Shown here in pieces: positions 56,401 to 64,000 of a stretch of 64,000 nt of DNA (the first letter of the stretch is position 1; the number at the start of each line of letters is the position of its first letter). The notes beneath the pieces were generated by a model. That model was given only the letters and a program-made list of their open reading frames with translations. It was not told where the DNA came from and ran no database searches. The stretch is taken from positions 12,276,001 to 12,340,000 of the forward strand of contig OZ024745.1 in assembly GCA_964016885.1 (NCBI GenBank). Reading direction: 5' to 3'. This DNA comes from Eledone cirrhosa. Taxonomy: Eukaryota. A program made the position numbers and the translations under genes.

Positions 56401-59400
56401 TACTGAAGTATGTCATCTCTCTAGTAGACTGTAACTCACCAATATTGAAGTATGTCATCTCTCTAGTAGACTGTAACTCACCAATATTGAAGTATGTCAT
56501 CTCTCTAGTGGACTGTAACTCACCAATATTGAAGTATGTCATCTCTCTATAAAACTGTAACTCACCAATATTGAAGTATGTCATCTCTCTAGTAGACTGT
56601 AACTCACCAATATTGAAGTATGTCATCTCTCTAGTAGACTGTAACTCACCAATATTGAAGTATGTCATCTCTCTAGTAGACTGTAACTCACCAATATTGA
56701 AGTATGTCATCTCTCTAGTAGACTGTAACTCACCAATATTGAAGTATGTCATCTCTCTACCAGACTGTAACTCACCAATATTGAAGTATGTCATCTCACT
56801 AGTAGACTGTAACTCACCAATATTGAAGTATGTCATCTCACTAGTGGACTGTAACTCACCAATATTGAAGTATGTCATCTCTCTAGTAGACTGTAACTCA
56901 CCAATATTGAAGTATGTCATCTCTCTAACAGACTGTAACTCACCAATATTGAAGTATGTCATCTCTCTAGTGGACGGTAACTCACCAATAAGGAAATATG
57001 TCATCTCTCTAACAGTCTGTAACTCGCCAATACTGAAGTATGTCATCTCTCTAGTAGACTGTAACTCACCAATATTGAAGTATGTCATCTCTCTAGTAGA
57101 CTGTAACTCACCAATATTGAAGTATGTCATCTCTCTAGTAGACTGTAACTCACCAATATTGAAGTATGTCATCTCTCTAGTGGACTGTAACTCACCAATA
57201 TTGAAGTATGTCATCTCTCTAGTAGACTGTAACTCACCAATATTGAAGTATGTCATCTCTCTAGTGGACTGTAACTCACCAATATTGAAGTATGTCATCC
57301 CTCTAGTGGACTGTAACTCACCAATATTGAAGTATGTCATCTCTCTAGTAGACTGTAACTCACCAATATTGAAGTATGTCATCTCTCTAGTAGACTGTAA
57401 CTCACCAATATTGAAGTATGTCATCTCTCTAACAGACTGTAACTCACCAATACTGAAGTATGTCATCTCTCTAGTAGACTGTAATTCACCAATATTGAAG
57501 TATGTTATCTCTCTAGTAGACTGTAACTCACCAATATTGAAGTATGTCATCTCTCTAGTGGACTGTACCTCACCAATATTGAAGTATGTCATCCCTCTAG
57601 TGGACTGTAACTCACCAATATTGAAGTATGTCATCTCTCTAGTAGATTGTACCTCACCAATACTGAAGTATGTCATCTCTCTAGTAGACTGTAACTCACC
57701 AATATTGAAGTATGTCATCTCTCTAGTAGACTGTAACTCGACAATATTGAAGTATGTCATCTCTCTTGTAGACTGTAACTTACCAATATTGAAGTATGTC
57801 ATCTCTCTAGTGGACTGTAACTCACCAATATTGAAGTATGTCATCCCTCTAGTGGACTGTAACTCACAAATATTGAAGTATGTCATCTCTCTAGTAGACT
57901 GTACCTCACCAATATTGAAGTATGTCATCTCTCTAGTAGACTGTAACTCACCAATATTGAAGTATGTCATCTCTCGAATAGACTGTAACTCACCAATATT
58001 GAAGTATGTCATCTCTCTGGTAGACTGTAACTCTCCAATATTGAAGTATGTCATCTCTCTAGTGGACTGTAACTCACCAATACCGAAGTATGTCATCTCT
58101 CTAACAGACTGTAACTCACCAATATTGAAGTATGTCATCTCTCTAGTGGACTGTAACTCACCAATATTGAAGTATGTCATCTCTCTAACAGTCTGTAACT
58201 CACCAATACTGAAGTATGTCATCTCGCTAGTAGACTGTAACTCACCAATATTGAAGTATGTCATCTCTCTATTAGACTGTAACTCACCAATATTGAAGTA
58301 TGTCATCTCTCTAGTAGACTGTAACTCACCAATATTGAAGTATGTCATCTCTCTAGTGGACTGTAACTCACCAATATTGAAGTATGTCATCTCTCTAACA
58401 GACTGTAACTCACCAATACTGAAGTATGTCATCTCTATAGTAGACTGTACCTCACCAATATTGAAGTATGTCATCTCTCTAGTAGACTGTAACTCACCAA
58501 TATTGAAGTATGTCATCTCTCTAGTAGACTGTAACTCACCAATATTGAAGTATGTCATCTCTCTAGTGGACTGTAACTCACCAATATTGAAGTATGTCAT
58601 CCCTCTAGTGGACTGTAACTCACCAATATTGAAGTATGTCATCTCTCTAGTAGACTGTAACTCACCAATATTGAAGCATGTCATCTCTCTAACAGACTGT
58701 AACTCACAAATATTGAAGTATGTCATCTCTCTAGTAGACTGTAACTCACCAATATTGAAGTATGTCATCTCTCTAGTAGACTGTAACTCACCAATATTGA
58801 AGGATGTCATCTTTCTAGTAGACTGTAACTCACCAATATTGAAGTATGTCATCTCACTAGTGGACTGTAACTCACCAATATTGAAGTATGTCATCTCTCT
58901 AGTGGACTGTAACTCACCAATATTGAAGTATGTCATCTCTCTAACAGACTGTAACTCACCAATACTGAAGTATGTCATCTCTCTAGTAGACTGTAACTCA
59001 CCAATATTGAAGTATGTCATCTCTCTAGTAGACTGTAACTCACCAATATTGAAGTATGTCATCTCACTAGTGGATTGTAACTCACCAATATTGAAGTATG
59101 TGATCTCTCTAGTAGACTGTAACTCACCAATAATGAAGTATGTCATCTCTCTAGTGGACTGTAACTCACCAATATTGAAGTATGTCATCTCTCTATAAAA
59201 CTGTAACTCACCAATATTGAAGTATGTCATCTCTCTAGTAGACTGTAACTCACCAATATTGAAGTATGTCATCTCTCTAACAGACTGTAACTCACCAATA
59301 TTGAAGTATGTCATCTCGCTAGTAGACTGTAACTCACCAATATTGAAGTATGTCATCTCTCTAGTAGACTGTAACTCACCAATATTGAAGGATGTCATCT

Positions 59401-61160
59401 TTCTAGTAGACTGTAACTCACCAATATTGAAGTATGTCATCTCTCTAGTGGACTGTAACTCACCAATATTGAAGTATGTCATCCCTCTAGTGGACTGTAA
59501 ATCACCAATATTGAAGTATGTCATCTCTCTAGTAGATTGTACCTCACCAATACTGAAGTATGTCATCTCTCTAGTAGACTGTAACTCACCAATATTGAAG
59601 TATGTCATCTCTCTAGTAGACTGTAACTCACCAATATTGAAGTATGTCATCTCTCTAGTGGACTGTACCTCACCAATATTGAAGTATGTCATCCCTCTAG
59701 TGGACTGTAACTCACCAATATTGAAGTATGTCATCTCTCTAGTAGATTGTACCTCACCAATACTGAAGTATGTCATCTCTCTAGTAGACTGTAACTCACC
59801 AATATTGAAGTATGTCATCTCTCTAGTAGACTGTAACTCGACAATATTGAAGTATGTCATCTCTCTTGTAGACTGTTACTTACCAATATTGAAGTATGTC
59901 ATCTCTCTAGTGGACTGTAACTCACCAATATTGAAGTATGTCATCCCTCTAGTGGACTGTAACTCACAAATATTGAAGTATGTCATCTCTCTAGTAGACT
60001 GTACCTCACCAATATTGAAGTATGTCATCTCTCTAGTAGACTGTAACTCACCAATATTGAAGTATGTCATCTCTCGAATAGACTGTAACTCACCAATATT
60101 GAAGTATGTCATCTCTCTGGTAGACTGTAACTCTCCAATATTGAAGTATGTCATCTCTCTAGTGGACTGTAACTCACCAATACCGAAGTATGTCATCTCT
60201 CTAACAGACTGTAACTCACCAATATTGAAGTATGTCATCTCTCTAGTGGACTGTAACTCACCAATATTGAAGTATGTCATCTCTCTAACAGTCTGTAACT
60301 CACCAATACTGAAGTATGTCATCTCGCTAGTAGACTGTAACTCACCAATATTGAAGTATGTCATCTCTCTATTAGACTGTAACTCACCAATATTGAAGTA
60401 TGTCATCTCTCTAGTAGACTGTAACTCACCAATATTGAAGTATGTCATCTCTCTAGTGGACTGTAACTCACCAATATTGAAGTATGTCATCTCTCTAACA
60501 GACTGTAACTCACCAATACTGAAGTATGTCATCTCTATAGTAGACTGTACCTCACCAATATTGAAGTATGTCATCTCTCTAGTAGACTGTAACTCACCAA
60601 TATTGAAGTATGTCATCTCTCTAGTAGACTGTAACTCACCAATATTGAAGTATGTCATCTCTCTAGTGGACTGTAACTCACCAATATTGAAGTATGTCAT
60701 CCCTCTAGTGGACTGTAACTCACCAATATTGAAGTATGTCATCTCTCTAGTAGACTGTAACTCACCAATATTGAAGCATGTCATCTCTCTAACAGACTGT
60801 AACTCACAAATATTGAAGTATGTCATCTCTCTAGTAGACTGTAACTCACCAATATTGAAGTATGTCATCTCTCTAGTAGACTGTAACTCACCAATATTGA
60901 AGGATGTCATCTTTCTAGTAGACTGTAACTCACCAATATTGAAGTATGTCATCTCACTAGTGGACTGTAACTCACCAATATTGAAGTATGTCATCTCTCT
61001 AGTGGACTGTAACTCACCAATATTGAAGTATGTCATCTCTCTAACAGACTGTAACTCACCAATACTGAAGTATGTCATCTCTCTAGTAGACTGTAACTCA
61101 CCAATATTGAAGTATGTCATCTCTCTAGTAGACTGTAACTCACCAATATTGAAGTATGTC
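53467..61160. repeat. Right-hand HOR domain: overlapping duplications with offsets 3276, 3150 and 2100 bp (78, 75 and 50 monomers)
   Basis: aataaggaaa at 53711/56987; ctctcgaata at 54821/57971/60071; ctcgacaata, ctctatagta, gaagcatg and ctattaga recur with the same offsets; ctataaaa stop codons end at 56048 and 59198. Confidence 0.88.
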
Positions 61161-64000
61161 ATCTTTCTAGTAGACTGTAACTCACCAATATTGAAGTATG
61201 TCATCTCTCTAGTGGACTGTAACTCACCAATATTGAAGTATGTCATCCCTCTAGTGGACTGTAAATCACCAATATTGAAGTATGTCATCTCTCTAGTAGA
61301 TTGTACCTCACCAATACTGAAGTATGTCATCTCTCTAGTAGACTGTAACTCACCAATATTGAAGTATGTCATCTCTCTAGTAGACTGTAACTCACCAATA
61401 TTGAAGTATGTCATCTCTCTAGTGGACTGTAACTCACCAATATTGAAGTATGTCATCTCTCTATAAAACTGTAACTCACCAATATTGAAGTATGTCATCT
61501 CTCTAGTAGACTGTAACTCACCAATATTGAAGTATGTCATCTCACTAGTGGACTGTAACTCACCAATATTGAAGTATATCAGCTCTCTAGTGGACTGTAA
61601 CTCACCAATATTGAAGTATGTCATCTCTCTAACAGACTGTAACTCACCAATACTGAAGTATGTCATCTCTCTAGTAGACTGTAACTCACCAATATTGAAG
61701 TATGTAATCTCTCTAGTAGACTGTAACTCACCAATATTGAAGTATGTCATCTCACTAGTGGATTGTAACTCACCAATATTGAAGTATGTCATCTCTCTAG
61801 TAGACTGTAACTCACCAATATTGAAGTATGTCATCTCTCTAGTAGAATTTAACTCACCAATATTGAAGTATGTCATCTCTCTAACAGACTGTAACTCACC
61901 AATACTGAAGTATGTCATCTCTCTAGTAGACTGTAATTCACCAATATTGAAGTATGTCATCTCTCTAGTAGACTGTAACTCACCAATATTGAAGTATGTC
62001 ATCTCTCTAGTGGACTGTAACTCACCAATATTGAAGTATGTCATCCCTCTAGTGGACTGTAACTCACCAATATTGAAGTATGTCATCTCTCTAGTAGATT
62101 GTACCTCACCAATACTGAAGTATGTCATCTCTCTAGTAGACTGTAACTCACCAATATTGAAGTATGTCATCTCTCTAGTAGACTGTAACTCACCAATATT
62201 GAAGTATGTCATCTCTCTAGTAGACTGTAACTCACCAATATTGAAGTATGTCATCTCTCTAGTGGACTGTAACTCACCAATATTGAAGTATGTCATCCCT
62301 CTAGTGGACTGTAACTCACAAATATTGAAGTATGTCATCTCTCTAGTAGACTGTAACTCACCAATATTGAAGTATGTCATCTCTCTACCAGACTGTAACT
62401 CACCAATATTGAAGTATGTCATCTCACTAGTAGACTGTAACTCACCAATATTGAAGTATGTCATCTCACTAGTGGACAGTAACTCACCAATATTGAAGTA
62501 TGTCATCTCACTAGTGGACTGTAACTCACCAATATTGAAGTATGTCATCTCACTAGTAGACTGTAATTCACCAATATTGAAGTATGTCATCTCTCTAACA
62601 GACTGTAACTCACCAATATTGAAGTATGTCATCTCTCTAGTGGACGGTAACTCACCAATAAGGAAATATGTCATCTCTCTAACAGTCTGTAACTCGCCAA
62701 TACTGAAGTATGTCATCTCTCTAGTAGACTGTAACTCACCAATATTGAAGTATGTCATCTCTCTAGTAGACTGTAACTCACCAATATTGAAGTATGTCAT
62801 CTCTCTAGTAGACTGTAACTCACCAATATTGAAGTATGTCATCTCTCTAGTGGACTGTAACTCACCAATATTGAAGTATGTCATCTCTCTAACAGACTGT
62901 AACTCACCAATACTGAAGTATGTCATCTCTCTAGTAGACTGTAACTCACCAATATTGAAGTATGTCATCTCTCTAGTAGACTGTAACTCACCAATATTGA
63001 AGTATGTCATCTCTCTAGTAGACTGTAACTCACCTATATTGAAGTATGTCATCTCTCTAGTGGACTGTAACTCACCAATATTGAAGTATGTCATCCCTCT
63101 AGTGGACTGTAACTCACCAATATTGAAGTATGTCATCTCTCTAGTAGACTGTAACTCACCAATATTGAAGTATGTCATCTCTCTAACAGACTGTAACTCA
63201 CCAATACTGAAGTATGTCATCTCTCTAGTAGACTGTAATTCACCAATATTGAAGTATGTTATCTCTCTAGTAGACTGTAACTCACCAATATTGAAGTATG
63301 TCATCTCTCTAGTGGACTGTACCTCACCAATATTGAAGTATGTCATCCCTCTAGTGGACTGTAACTCACCAATATTGAAGTATGTCATCTCTCTAGTAGA
63401 TTGTACCTCACCAATACTGAAGTATGTCATATCTCTAGTAGACTGTAACTCACCAATATTGAAGTATGTCATCTCTCTAGTAGACTGTAACTCACCAATA
63501 TTGAAGTATGTCATCTCTCTAGTAGACTGTAACTCACCAATATTGAAGTATGTCATCTCTCTAGTAGACTGTACCTCACCAATATTGAAGTATGTCATCT
63601 TTCTAGTAGACTGTAACTCACCAATATTGAAGTATGTCATCTCTCTAATAGACTGTAACTCACCAATATTGAAGTATGTCATCTCTCTGGTAGACTGTAA
63701 CTCTCCAATATTGAAGTATGTCATCTCTCTAGTGGACTGTAACTCACCAATACCGAAGTATGTCATCTCTCTAACAGACTGTAACTCACCAATATTGAAG
63801 TATGTCATCTCTCTAGTGGACTGTAACTCACCAATATTGAAGTATGTCATCTCTCTAGTAGATTGTACCTCACCAATACTGAAGTATGTCATCTCTCTAG
63901 TAGACTGTAACTCACCAATATTGAAGTATGTCATCTCTCTAGTAGACTGTAACTCACCAATATTGAAGTATGTCATCTCTCTAGTAGACTGTAACTCACC

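Larger units (their letters stand above)
1..64000. repeat. 42-bp tandem satellite array, about 1,524 monomers, single orientation, truncated by both window edges
   Basis: Seen in sequence: consensus AGTATGTCATCTCTCTAGTAGACTGTAACTCACCAATATTGA recurs every 42 bp; the 60-bp line layout repeats every 420 bp throughout (lines 421, 841 ... 63841 all begin at a unit start); every ORF in the track is a 14-aa repeat. Confidence 0.99.

Noticed and set aside
2-63976. Giant - strand ORFs (MTYFNIGELQSTRE)n as CDS
   Set aside because: Same reasoning; ORF limits are set by point variants (gaacta, atctat, gactat, ggtca), and the peptide matches no repeat family I recognise.
39-64000. Giant + strand ORFs (LKYVISLVDCNSPI)n, including an unlisted open stretch from ~61485 to the window end, as CDS
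   Set aside because: Automatic consequence of a 42-bp stop-free unit; starts are mostly TTG within the repeat, there are no unique termini or recognisable domain, and stop codons are propagated with the duplications.
1-64000. CRISPR array or DGR/shufflon-like cassette system
   Set aside because: No unique spacers, leader, cas, reverse transcriptase or recombinase gene; variation is limited to a few substitutions inherited in duplicated blocks.
1-64000. Array as a pure sequencing or assembly artefact (concatemer or stutter)
   Set aside because: Structured, heritable variant cassettes and private SNPs between block copies fit a real evolving array, though exact block order needs read validation.
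1-64000. Assignment to a named satellite, telomeric repeat, CENP-B box or host organism
   Set aside because: No telomere motif or CENP-B box (the consensus has no CpG); I do not recognise the monomer and cannot run a database search.

Overview
The whole 64,000-bp window is one uninterrupted head-to-tail tandem (satellite) array of a 42-bp monomer, consensus AGTATGTCATCTCTCTAGTAGACTGTAACTCACCAATATTGA (15/42 G+C, about 36%, no CpG), about 1,524 copies, running off both ends. I see no unique sequence, spacers, transposons, RNA genes or inversions. The register is kept from base 1 to the end (units start at 1 and at 63841 = 1520x42+1), so there is no net indel. Monomers differ by a few substitutions, which mark a nested, irregular higher-order repeat (HOR) structure: recent duplications of about 2-6 kb, regional domains with private variants, and an older conserved marker order of about 30-36 monomers. 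All long ORFs in the track are translations of the monomer in its two stop-free frames (LKYVISLVDCNSPI on +, MTYFNIGELQSTRE on -) and are not called as genes. Organism and satellite family cannot be identified from the sequence alone; a eukaryotic heterochromatic, centromeric or subtelomeric satellite is the most economical inference. I found no support for a novel protein-coding system; the interest lies in the array's internal architecture.
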